Assembly (NCBI GenBank): GCA_018303855.1
Contig: JAGVXI010000006.1
Span: 105,181 to 169,180, forward strand
Length of the DNA stretch: 64,000 nt
Source of the DNA: Candidatus Pacearchaeota archaeon
Lineage (GTDB): Archaea; Nanobdellota; Nanobdellia; Pacearchaeales; GW2011-AR1
Direction of reading: 5' to 3'
In this document: piece after piece, positions 54,401-62,623 of the stretch
Layout of the letters: each line of letters opens with the position of its first letter
Position numbering within the stretch: position 1 is the stretch's first letter
Position numbers and translations under genes: made by a program
Notes under the pieces: generated by a model
Seen by the model: only the letters and a program-made list of their open reading frames with translations
Database searches by the model: none
What the model was told of the DNA's origin: nothing

Positions 54401-54772
54401 TCATTTATCTTTATAAGCTAAAATAGCTAAAGCAATTGAGGAAAATAATATAGCTATATCTCTGAATAAGATGTCTAATGCGCCTAGATTAAACAATATT
54501 ATGAAAAGTGTTAATAAAAAAACAATTATGGATGGATAAAAAACCTTCTTGTTTGATAAAAGCCAAAAACCTAAAAAGATATTGAATATTGAATGAATAT
54601 GCAAAAAGGTATTTCCATCAATTATAGATCCTGTCCAAACAGGTATAAAACCAATCCAGGAAGTAGGATTTAAAAAAGCAGAAATAGCTGCATAAAAAAG
54701 AGTTATAGAAATGCCTAATCTTAGAAACAACAACGCAAGATAATTATCCTGGTTTTTAGTTATATTAATCAT
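54401..54772 (-). CDS. Small 4-TM membrane protein, DoxX-like
   Basis: LALLFLRLGISITLFYAAISAF resembles the DoxX N-terminal helix. Weak call. Confidence 0.5.
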   Translation of the reverse strand: MINITKNQDNYLALLFLRLGISITLFYAAISAFLNPTSWIGFIPVWTGSIIDGNTFLHIHSIFNIFLGFWLLSNKKVFYPSIIVFLLTLFIILFNLGALDILFRDIAILFSSIALAILAYKDK

Positions 54773-54779
54773 AGAGCAA

Positions 54780-55265
54780 TTATTGCACTGTTATAACCCC
54801 ATTTAGATTAGGATTTAGATGGTCATGATATCTCCAATCCCCTTTTTCGTTAAATGTAAAGGAAAAGGATTCTCCTTTATTAAGTCCCGTACACGAGTCA
54901 AATATTTTATCTCCTTCTGATGTTCCGCATTTTTGTATATCTGAACCAGGATAGACAGTATGGGTTGGATGCAATGCAGAAGCTGGCCAATGTTCCATTG
55001 TGTTTTTATTAGCAAAAGTAACAGTATCCCCCTGGTTTATTGTAAGAGATTTTGGAGAAAACCCAGAAGATGTTATTTCTATTGTATAACTCTGAGGTAT
55101 TTGAGAATTGGCTATTTGATTGTTATTATTTTCCACTGAATTGCCAGATATGTCTTTTTGAGGAGAATTACCTGAAGCATATTGTGAATTATTTAAAGAG
55201 TAAAATAAGAATCCTGCTACTATAAGTAAAATCAATATTGAAGTTATTAATAATTTCTTTTTCAT
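54780..55265 (-). CDS. Secreted cupredoxin-fold protein
   Basis: Signal anchor, then YTIEITSSGFSPKSLTINQGDTVTFANKNTMEHWPAS...HP.H...WRYHDHLNPNLNGVITV, a beta-sandwich with a His-rich putative metal site. Confidence 0.6.
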   Translation of the reverse strand: MKKKLLITSILILLIVAGFLFYSLNNSQYASGNSPQKDISGNSVENNNNQIANSQIPQSYTIEITSSGFSPKSLTINQGDTVTFANKNTMEHWPASALHPTHTVYPGSDIQKCGTSEGDKIFDSCTGLNKGESFSFTFNEKGDWRYHDHLNPNLNGVITVQ

Positions 55266-55372
55266 TAAAAGATAAAAAATGTGGGGTATATAAACTTTAT
55301 GAGAAATTTAAAGGTTAATAAATAGTTTTTAATAACAGAAAACTTTAAAAATCAAGAATATGTTTAAAACTT

Positions 55373-55486
<114 letters not shown>

Positions 55487-55533
55487 TTTGATTTTTCTGA
55501 AAACTTTATAAGAGAAAGTTTCTTTTATAATAT

Positions 55534-55791
55534 ATGAAAATAAAGTTAAATAAAATTGAGACAAATGAATATATTAGTGAATTCTTTAAAAATATTAAAA
55601 CCAAAACTTCAAAAGAGATTAAGGGAGTAAAAAGATTGGCAATGAGGTATAACATAAAGTTAGGTAAAAAAAGAAAGTTATTCTGTAAAAAATGTTTTTC
55701 ACCAAGATTAAAAGTTTTAAGTATAAAAAGCAAGATTAAGAGAGTTAAATGCGGGGAATGTGGAGATGTGGGAAGGTGGAAGGTAAAATAA
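55534..55791 (+). CDS. rnp4: RNase P protein component 4 (Rpp21/Rpr2)
   Basis: LAMRYNIKLGKKRKLFCKKCFSPRLKV......VKCGECGDVGRW, the Rpr2 helical N-terminus plus zinc ribbon. Confidence 0.8.
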   Translation: MKIKLNKIETNEYISEFFKNIKTKTSKEIKGVKRLAMRYNIKLGKKRKLFCKKCFSPRLKVLSIKSKIKRVKCGECGDVGRWKVK

Positions 55792-55977
55792 TCACAATAT
55801 GCCAGCCTAAATCTATAACCCATTAAACCTTTTAATATTCAATTAAATTTCAAATTGTGTATATAATTATTGCTGAAGTCTAATTTAGTGCCTTTATACA
55901 TATCACAGAAACATTTATATATTAAAATATATTATTATAAATATATATTGTAAAGCATACTTTTTACAATATAGAAA

Positions 55978-56460
55978 ATGAATAAAGATAAAAAAGTTAT
56001 TATAGCCTTGATTATATTATCTATAATTATTATAATACCTGTTTTATTAAATGCTCAAAATACAACAGTTTCTGTAGAGGCAAACATTATTTTAATACCA
56101 ATAAATACTACGAGTAATGAAAGCATAGTAAGTGTTAGTGTTACTCCGGATTTTGTATATTTAGGAGATGTTGTCGTAGGAGAAATTTCTAATGTTGTTA
56201 ATGTAAGTATATCGAATACTGGAAGCGTAAAACCAGCAAAGATAACAGCAGAACTTGTTAATCAAAGCGATAATATCTTTAACACCCTTCAATTAAAAGA
56301 TAGCAGTGGTTCTTGGGGAAATATAGCTAATTTTACAACAAATGTTTCATCAACAAAAAGAATAGATATAAGGCTTAATTTAGTAAACTTCAATGCTGAG
56401 CTTGATGATGATGTAGTTGGTCATAAAAATGAAATAAAATTTTTAGCCATGGCTGCTTAA
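55978..56460 (+). CDS. Secreted beta-rich protein, unknown (possibly TasA/camelysin-like fibre subunit)
   Basis: Signal/anchor KKVIIALIILSIIIIIPVLLNA, then Asn/Ser/Val-rich beta-strand-like sequence (VSVSVTPDFVYLGDVVVGEISNVVNVSISNTGS). The family assignment is speculative. Confidence 0.5.
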   Translation: MNKDKKVIIALIILSIIIIIPVLLNAQNTTVSVEANIILIPINTTSNESIVSVSVTPDFVYLGDVVVGEISNVVNVSISNTGSVKPAKITAELVNQSDNIFNTLQLKDSSGSWGNIANFTTNVSSTKRIDIRLNLVNFNAELDDDVVGHKNEIKFLAMAA

Positions 56461-56463
56461 AAG

Positions 56464-57033
56464 TTGGTTATCAAATTTTTACTTTATGTTTCAGCAATGA
56501 TTCTCTTTCTTAATATTGTTTCCGCTGTTCAAATAGGCATTTCTCCTCCGCAGATAGAATTTGAAGGAAAAACAGAAGAAAAGATATGCAGAACAATAAC
56601 ATTGTTCTCAGAACAAGAAGAGAAATTTATAGGGATTGATAAATGGGTTATTGAAAAAAACTTTGTAAAGGATATAAATAAGTACAATACAACTTCATCT
56701 GCTTTAGGCATAAATTTTTATTATCCAAAAGAATTAATTGTCAAAGAAAAGTCTGAAATAAAAGTATGTATTGAGGGAGTTGATTCTGGAGATTATTATG
56801 GAGCTATAATCTACAGCACAAATAAAAGTGTTGCAATTGGTTCATGGATAAGTTTAAAGGTATATGGTAGCAAAAAGAATCTCCAAAACAAAACAAAGGA
56901 AACTATTTTTATAACAAGCAGAACAATAGAGGAGAATAATGGAGACAAAAAGCTATTTCTATATCTAAATTCTGTCCTAACAATTATTTTAGCTTATTTT
57001 TTGATTGTGTTGTTAAAATCCAAAGAAAGTTAG
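56464..57033 (+). CDS. Secreted Ig-like-domain protein with C-terminal TM anchor
   Basis: TTG start 4 nt after the previous stop. Signal peptide, ISPPQIEFEGKTEEKICRTITLFS and SGDYYGAIIYS (strand patterns seen in Ig-like cell-surface domains). C-terminal LFLYLNSVLTIILAYFLIVLLKSK. Confidence 0.5.
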   Translation: MVIKFLLYVSAMILFLNIVSAVQIGISPPQIEFEGKTEEKICRTITLFSEQEEKFIGIDKWVIEKNFVKDINKYNTTSSALGINFYYPKELIVKEKSEIKVCIEGVDSGDYYGAIIYSTNKSVAIGSWISLKVYGSKKNLQNKTKETIFITSRTIEENNGDKKLFLYLNSVLTIILAYFLIVLLKSKES

Positions 57034-57158
57034 ATATAAGAACAGAGGGTATGCTGTAAAATAAAAAGAGAAAATGCTACACCCACGCTAAAATCTAACA
57101 TAGAATAAACAGTTTAGCTTAACTTTTTAAGATTTATTTCTTTATCTAAATATTTTAA

Positions 57159-57587
57159 CTATCCTTGTTCGTTTGGTTTTAAGTATATGGCTAAAAAAGC
57201 GATAATAGTATCCTCACTAACTTGTATTCTCTCAAAGTATGCTTGTGATGTAGCAGTAATTCTTTTTTTAATCATCTGATAAGCAGGATCTTGTGATTGC
57301 TTAAATCTTTCGATGAATGCTAACATGTAATTTGCCTCATTATGACCATTATTTAAGGATTCTAGAGAAAAATCAGCAACTAAATCAGATAATTTATCTT
57401 TAACTGTATCAACATCTTTAAGAATGTGTCTAAGAAGAAATCTTCCATCAGCACTAGAATGAATAAGACCTACTTTATGCCCTTTTTTATCTTTATATGC
57501 TTCAATAAACTGGCTAAGATTTAATGATTTCATTAAATCTAATTGTTTTTCTATATCTGAACTAAATGTTGCTGTTCCACTGTTCAT
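57159..57587 (-). CDS. Hypothetical 142-aa helical protein downstream of rpoN
   Basis: ORF only. Confidence 0.5.
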   Translation of the reverse strand: MNSGTATFSSDIEKQLDLMKSLNLSQFIEAYKDKKGHKVGLIHSSADGRFLLRHILKDVDTVKDKLSDLVADFSLESLNNGHNEANYMLAFIERFKQSQDPAYQMIKKRITATSQAYFERIQVSEDTIIAFLAIYLKPNEQG

Positions 57588-57638
57588 ATTTAATAAAATT
57601 GCCTTTGCTATTTAAACATTTATATAAAAAATCGCAAA

Positions 57639-57836
57639 TTAACTCTTTTTGAACTTCCCTACTAATTCAATTAGATCAGTTTGTCCTAAGAAAACACTTC
57701 TGCAACAGTATCTTTCCAAACCAAGTTCATCAAGAACTTTTTTTGCAGGTTCACCATCTGCAACACGTTTTTTAAACTGCTCCCATAAATGCCCTACTGG
57801 TTTGCCACAACTGAAGCAACGTATTGGTATGATAAT
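57639..57836 (-). CDS. rpoN: DNA-directed RNA polymerase subunit N (Rpo10/RpoN), apparent ATT start
   Basis: My translation of the minus strand: (M/I)IIPIRCFSCGKPVGHLWEQFKKRVADGEPAKKVLDELGLERYCCRSVFLGQTDLIELVGKFKKS. Canonical CxxC...CC zinc site and LGL.RYCCR motif. The frame is closed by TAG 12 nt upstream and holds no ATG/GTG/TTG. GGAG lies 8 nt upstream of the ATT. Confidence 0.8.
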   Translation of the reverse strand: MIIPIRCFSCGKPVGHLWEQFKKRVADGEPAKKVLDELGLERYCCRSVFLGQTDLIELVGKFKKS

Positions 57837-58007
57837 TTTAATCTCCTAAAGATATTAACCCTTTGTTATTTATTTTGTATTTGTATGGATAACTTTCGTG
57901 TGAAATAAAATCAAAGTTTTCTAATAACCTTAATTCAGAATAAATTTTACTCTTTTTTAAAGCTTTCTATGAACTAAAAAGTTACGCGAAAAAAAGGATT
58001 ATAAGAA

Positions 58008-58409
58008 TTAGGGCCATACTCCAATAAGTGCATCGAGAGAAATTGTCCCTGCTCCAGTGAAAAGAAGAGTTATAGATGCTCCTAGCAATATTAAATCAAA
58101 TTCCCATCCTGTTTTATCCATTACATAGAAGGGAATCTTCCATTTGAATATTTTGTAGTATAATGCTCCTAACATCACAACACCAAGAAAAAATGCACCC
58201 ACTTCAGTATAAACTCCCAGAATTACCGCTAATGAAGAAAAAAATTCAACTAATCCGAGTATAATCACAAAACCACTCAGCCATCCTATGCCCTTTGCCA
58301 TTGCTCCAGGCATTTTTAGCTTTGGAATAGCATGATACGCAAAGATAACCCCTAAAGATATTCTTAATGTTAAAAGTCCCCATTGTTCTAATCCATTAAA
58401 AAATAACAT
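58008..58409 (-). CDS. DoxX-family membrane protein
   Basis: GLLTLRISLGVIFAYHAIPKL... with 4 TM segments, the DoxX pattern. Confidence 0.7.
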   Translation of the reverse strand: MLFFNGLEQWGLLTLRISLGVIFAYHAIPKLKMPGAMAKGIGWLSGFVIILGLVEFFSSLAVILGVYTEVGAFFLGVVMLGALYYKIFKWKIPFYVMDKTGWEFDLILLGASITLLFTGAGTISLDALIGVWP

Positions 58410-58507
58410 GTTTTAATGTATGTATCTTGATATTTAAATTTTTGGTTCTTACTTTTTTTATCAGTTAAATTTAAATAATCAACTTTAAAGTAAGAGTTAA
58501 GGCAAAA

Positions 58508-59254
58508 ATGAAAAAACAAAACTTGCAGAATGTAATAATAAAACTTGAAAATGTGGGAAAGTATTATTACATGGGAGAAGAAGGAGAAAATGTAGTCAAA
58601 GCTTTAGACGGAATAAGCATTGATGTTGAAAAGGGAGATTTTGTTGCAATAATGGGTCCAAGTGGAAGTGGGAAAAGCACTGGGATGAATTTAGTAGGAA
58701 GCTTGGATTTGCCGAGTTTTGGTGAGATTTATCTTGACAATGAAAATATAAGCCATTTGACAGAATCTGAACTAGCCCAGGTAAGAGGGAAAAAGATAGG
58801 ATTTATATTTCAACAGTTTAATTTAATTTCAAATCTAACAGCTAAAGAAAATGTTATGTTACCTATGCTATTTCAAGAAACTCCTAAAGAACAAAGAGAA
58901 GAAGAGGCAGAAAATTTATTAGGATTGGTTGATTTAAAAGATAGAATGGATCACTATCCAAACCAACTGTCAGGAGGACAGCAACAAAGAGTTGCAATAG
59001 CAAGGGCATTGGCAAATAATCCTGAAGTTGTTTTAGCAGATGAGCCAACTGGAAATTTAGACAGCAGTACAGGAGAAAGAGTGTTAGATTTCCTAGAGAA
59101 GTTGCATAAACAAGGTACAACAATCGTTATGGTAACACATGATCCAAACATAGCTAAAAACCATGCAAAGACCATCTATTCAATAAAAGATGGTAAAATA
59201 GAGGGTGTTTCTAAAAACATAAATGGAAAGTGGGTAAAACATTCAGTAAATTAG
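58508..59254 (+). CDS. ABC transporter ATP-binding protein, MacB/LolD-type
   Basis: Walker A GPSGSGKST, Q-loop, signature LSGGQQQRVAIARAL, Walker B VLADEPTGNLD, H-loop VTHD. Confidence 0.9.
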   Translation: MKKQNLQNVIIKLENVGKYYYMGEEGENVVKALDGISIDVEKGDFVAIMGPSGSGKSTGMNLVGSLDLPSFGEIYLDNENISHLTESELAQVRGKKIGFIFQQFNLISNLTAKENVMLPMLFQETPKEQREEEAENLLGLVDLKDRMDHYPNQLSGGQQQRVAIARALANNPEVVLADEPTGNLDSSTGERVLDFLEKLHKQGTTIVMVTHDPNIAKNHAKTIYSIKDGKIEGVSKNINGKWVKHSVN

Positions 59255-59327
59255 GCTACTAATATCTAATATGTATTAACTTAATAAGAGTAACATATTA
59301 GAAAGGTTTATAAAGAATATATTATTT

Positions 59328-59696
59328 GTGAAAATAAGTAAAATGATGCAAGAGATAAAACCTACACAAGTAAGAAGTTTAGATGAATTAAGAAACTTGG
59401 CAGTTGGCGAAGTAGTTAAAGTATTCATTGGAGGCCGGGCATCTGAATTAGAGGTATATGAAGGATTTAAGGAAGAAGATGGTCCTGCGTTTATACAGCA
59501 AGGAAGAATTAATGAAACTATAAGGTGTGTTTCAGCTCTAGAAGAGTATCTTATTTTTTTACCTACAACAGGAGAAATAGGAATTAATCAATATGGAGTA
59601 AGGAGATTTGAATACCAGCCAGATGATCCTGAAACAGAAAAATTATATAAAAATGCTAAAGAATTACTTGAAAAAGCAGGAATGTGGAGGAATTAA
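59328..59696 (+). CDS. Hypothetical 122-aa soluble protein within the ABC locus
   Basis: GTG start in the track, with an alternative ATG at 59343. No motif recognised. Confidence 0.45.
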   Translation: MKISKMMQEIKPTQVRSLDELRNLAVGEVVKVFIGGRASELEVYEGFKEEDGPAFIQQGRINETIRCVSALEEYLIFLPTTGEIGINQYGVRRFEYQPDDPETEKLYKNAKELLEKAGMWRN

Positions 59697-59697
59697 A

Positions 59698-60183
59698 ATG
59701 AAAAACAGAAAAATTGATGTTAAAGAATCAGAGGTTATTGAAGATACAAATAGTAATTATGTTATCAGATTATTCCTTGATAAAAAACAATCAATGAAAG
59801 AATTAGCAACAGATTTAGTAACTGCTTTAAAAGAAGAGTATCCAAAAAAAGAATACTCAAAACCTTCAATTATAGACACTATAGAAGGTTCTGTAATTTG
59901 GTCTCATCCTTTCTCAAACGTACAAATTAACCTAAATTATGATGAAACAAAAAATACGGCAGAAATCCAAGCAACATCTGATGAAGGCAGATTATTTTTG
60001 AGGAAATATCATGAAAGGTTATTTCCAGAAAGATACAAAACACTTGAATATGAAAGTAAAAGTGATAATGACCCTAATAGTCATATCTATTCAATTTTTG
60101 AAACAGATAATACAAAAGAAAAGAGTGTTAGACTTACTAAAGTTAATAAAAATACAGGAAAAATATTGGAGGAAAGATTTTAA
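59698..60183 (+). CDS. Hypothetical 161-aa soluble protein within the ABC locus
   Basis: ATG 2 nt after the previous stop (MKNRKIDVKESEV...). The track ORF begins further upstream in the same frame. Confidence 0.45.
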   Translation: MKNRKIDVKESEVIEDTNSNYVIRLFLDKKQSMKELATDLVTALKEEYPKKEYSKPSIIDTIEGSVIWSHPFSNVQINLNYDETKNTAEIQATSDEGRLFLRKYHERLFPERYKTLEYESKSDNDPNSHIYSIFETDNTKEKSVRLTKVNKNTGKILEERF

Positions 60184-60189
60184 GTTAAA

Positions 60190-61077
60190 ATGAACACAAA
60201 AAATCTCTTAACTATAAGCGCAATAGCAATCTTCTTAGTTTTTTTTAGCCTTGGTTTTATTTCAGCTGTAACAGTTGAACAGGTAGATGCTGATAAAATA
60301 ATGCCAGGAGAAACAGGTCATATTACTATAACAGTAAAGAACACATTAAGTGAAGATATAGAAGATGTTTCTTTGATTTTAAACTTGGATAAAACAAGTT
60401 TTACAACTATAGGGAGCAGTGAAGACAGCGAAGAAGAGATTAAAGAAAATAGAGAGGAAAGTTTTAGTTTTATTATCAAAGCTCCTAATGACTTAAAACC
60501 AGGAGACTATAACATACCTTACACAATAAAATACACAAATACAGGAGATAATGAGGAATATGAAAAGCAGGGCAGTTTTGGTATAGCAGTAAGTGGTGAA
60601 ACAAAATTACTTTACTCCATAGGAACTGAAAAAAATGTTGTTGGTGAGCAGGGAAAAATCTCTTTAAAGATTATCAATGCTGGTTTAGGTGATGTAAAAT
60701 TTGTTTCCATAACAACTTCTAGCCAAGGATTTGAATTTTTATCAAGCAATATTGATTACATCGATAAAATAGAATCAGGAGATGATGAAACAGCAAGTTT
60801 TGATGTTTTGTTTATAAGTGAAAATGCAAAATTAACAGTTGTTTTAAAGTATAAAGATTTTGAAAATAAAGACATAACTGAAAGTATTGAACTGCCTGTT
60901 AAAGTTTATTCAAGAGAAAAAGGGCTTGAGTTAGGAATAATAAGCAAAAGTAAAATTCCTTTTTATGCTGGAGTTGTTATAGCAGTTATAATCATCTGGA
61001 TAATCTACAGACAAATTAGGAAAAGAAACAGGAGAAAAGATAAAGAAAGAAGGGAAAATGAAAGAGTAGGAGGTTAA
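60190..61077 (+). CDS. Secreted Ig-like repeat protein with C-terminal TM anchor (COG1361/NEW3-like)
   Basis: Signal peptide, two beta-sandwich-like modules (PGETGHITITVKNTLSEDIEDVSLIL, KPGDYNIPYTIKYTN), C-terminal FYAGVVIAVIIIWIIY and a basic tail. Confidence 0.6.
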   Translation: MNTKNLLTISAIAIFLVFFSLGFISAVTVEQVDADKIMPGETGHITITVKNTLSEDIEDVSLILNLDKTSFTTIGSSEDSEEEIKENREESFSFIIKAPNDLKPGDYNIPYTIKYTNTGDNEEYEKQGSFGIAVSGETKLLYSIGTEKNVVGEQGKISLKIINAGLGDVKFVSITTSSQGFEFLSSNIDYIDKIESGDDETASFDVLFISENAKLTVVLKYKDFENKDITESIELPVKVYSREKGLELGIISKSKIPFYAGVVIAVIIIWIIYRQIRKRNRRKDKERRENERVGG

Positions 61078-61083
61078 CCTCCA

Positions 61084-62295
61084 ATGATAAAAGATTATTT
61101 CTTTTTGGCTGTTGGTAACTTAAAGCATCGTGGTTTACGAAGCTGGTTGACAATTCTTGGGATATTCATTGGAATTGCAGCTGTTGTTTCTTTAATTTCA
61201 TTAGGAGCTGGATTAAAAACAGCTGTAACAGGGCAGTTTTCAACACTTTCTGTAGATAAACTTACAGTTCAAAATGCAGGAACAGGATTTGGGCCTCCTG
61301 GTTCAACAGTTGTGGAAAAGCTTAATGAACATGATTTAAGATTAGTAGAAAATGTTAAAGGAGTTGATGTAGTAGTGCCAAGATTAGTAAGAGTTGCTAA
61401 AGTGGAGTATAACAAAGAGCTAAAGTTTAATTTTGTTGCAGATATTCCAAGTAATTCAAAGCAAATAGATATAATTTATAGTTCATTAAATCTTGAAACT
61501 GAAAATGGCAGGTTGCTAAAAGAAAGTGACAAAGGAAAAGTAGTTATTGGAAAAGATATCGTGGATGAATTTAGCAAGAATATAGAAGTTGGTAAAAAAA
61601 TAGTAATACAAAGAACAGATTTTGAGGTTATTGGAATATTAAAGCCAGGAAGCAGTTTTCAGATAAATCAAGTTATATTAATGCCTACTCCTGACTTAAA
61701 AGAACTCCTTAATATTGAAGATGAAATTGACATTATTATTGCACAAGTTGAAAATAAAGATAAAATAGAAGAAGTTGCAAAGAGCATTGAAGAAGAATTA
61801 AGAAAAGATAGAAATTTAGATATTGGAGAAGAAGATTTTTCTGTTCAAACACCTATAGAAGCTCTTGGAACAGTAAACACAATTTTAAATATTATTAATC
61901 TGATTGTAATTGGTATCGCCGCAATTTCTCTTCTTGTAGGAGGTGTAGGTATAATGAATACTATGTATACTTCTGTTTTGGAAAGAACAAGAGAAATTGG
62001 AATAATGAAAGCTGTTGGAGCACAGAACAAAGACATACTTTTGATTTTTTTAATAGAATCTGGTTTGCTTGGACTAATAGGGGGAATTATTGGGGCAGGA
62101 ATTGGTTTGGGTTTGGCATTTGGAGCTTCTTTTGTTGCAAACAATGCTTTAGGAACTAACATTTTAGATGTGGCAATTTCTTTTCCATTAATAATTTCAG
62201 CAATTTTATTTTCATTAGTTGTTGGAATAATTTCTGGAACTTTTCCGGCAATCCAAGCAAGTAAATTAAGCGCTGTTGATGCGATTAGGAGTTAA
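61084..62295 (+). CDS. MacB/FtsX-type ABC permease (copy 1)
   Basis: N-terminal TM, periplasmic domain of about 230 aa, and C-terminal FtsX 3-TM module with GIMNTMYTSVLERTREIGIMKAVGA. Confidence 0.85.
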   Translation: MIKDYFFLAVGNLKHRGLRSWLTILGIFIGIAAVVSLISLGAGLKTAVTGQFSTLSVDKLTVQNAGTGFGPPGSTVVEKLNEHDLRLVENVKGVDVVVPRLVRVAKVEYNKELKFNFVADIPSNSKQIDIIYSSLNLETENGRLLKESDKGKVVIGKDIVDEFSKNIEVGKKIVIQRTDFEVIGILKPGSSFQINQVILMPTPDLKELLNIEDEIDIIIAQVENKDKIEEVAKSIEEELRKDRNLDIGEEDFSVQTPIEALGTVNTILNIINLIVIGIAAISLLVGGVGIMNTMYTSVLERTREIGIMKAVGAQNKDILLIFLIESGLLGLIGGIIGAGIGLGLAFGASFVANNALGTNILDVAISFPLIISAILFSLVVGIISGTFPAIQASKLSAVDAIRS

Positions 62296-62296
62296 A

Positions 62297-62623
62297 ATGG
62301 GAGGAACAAGAGTTGTAACTTTTGAATCTGATGAAAACTTTATTAATTTTTTATTAAAATTAAACAAGCGTAATAGGTATATACGAAAAGTTTTAGAGCA
62401 TGAAAAAGAACACCTAAATAAAGCAAGGGAATTAGGTTATGATTCTCAATTAGCAGTTGTAGTATGGGATACTATGCCTCCAATATTACTTGCTGAAACA
62501 ATAGAATATGTAGGAGCAAAACCAACACTACAAGACCAAATTAAAATAGCTCTTGCACCTCAAAAACCAAGCAAAGCAGATTATAGATTAGCAAGAGGAC
62601 TTGGAGAGAAATTAAAATGTTGA
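62297..62623 (+). CDS. Small HExxH-motif protein (108 aa) between the two permease genes
   Basis: ATG 2 nt after the permease-1 stop. Overlaps the permease-2 start by 7 nt. Contains VLEHEKEHLNKARELGY. Confidence 0.5.
   Translation: MGGTRVVTFESDENFINFLLKLNKRNRYIRKVLEHEKEHLNKARELGYDSQLAVVVWDTMPPILLAETIEYVGAKPTLQDQIKIALAPQKPSKADYRLARGLGEKLKC

Noticed and set aside
55506-55823. 105-aa minus-strand ORF
   Set aside because: It is antisense to the rnp4 (Rpp21) gene, which has a clear zinc-ribbon signature. The translation is Leu/Phe/Ile low-complexity.
57649-57849. 66-aa plus-strand ORF from the track
   Set aside because: It is the antisense shadow of rpoN, whose minus-strand translation matches the canonical Rpo10 sequence.
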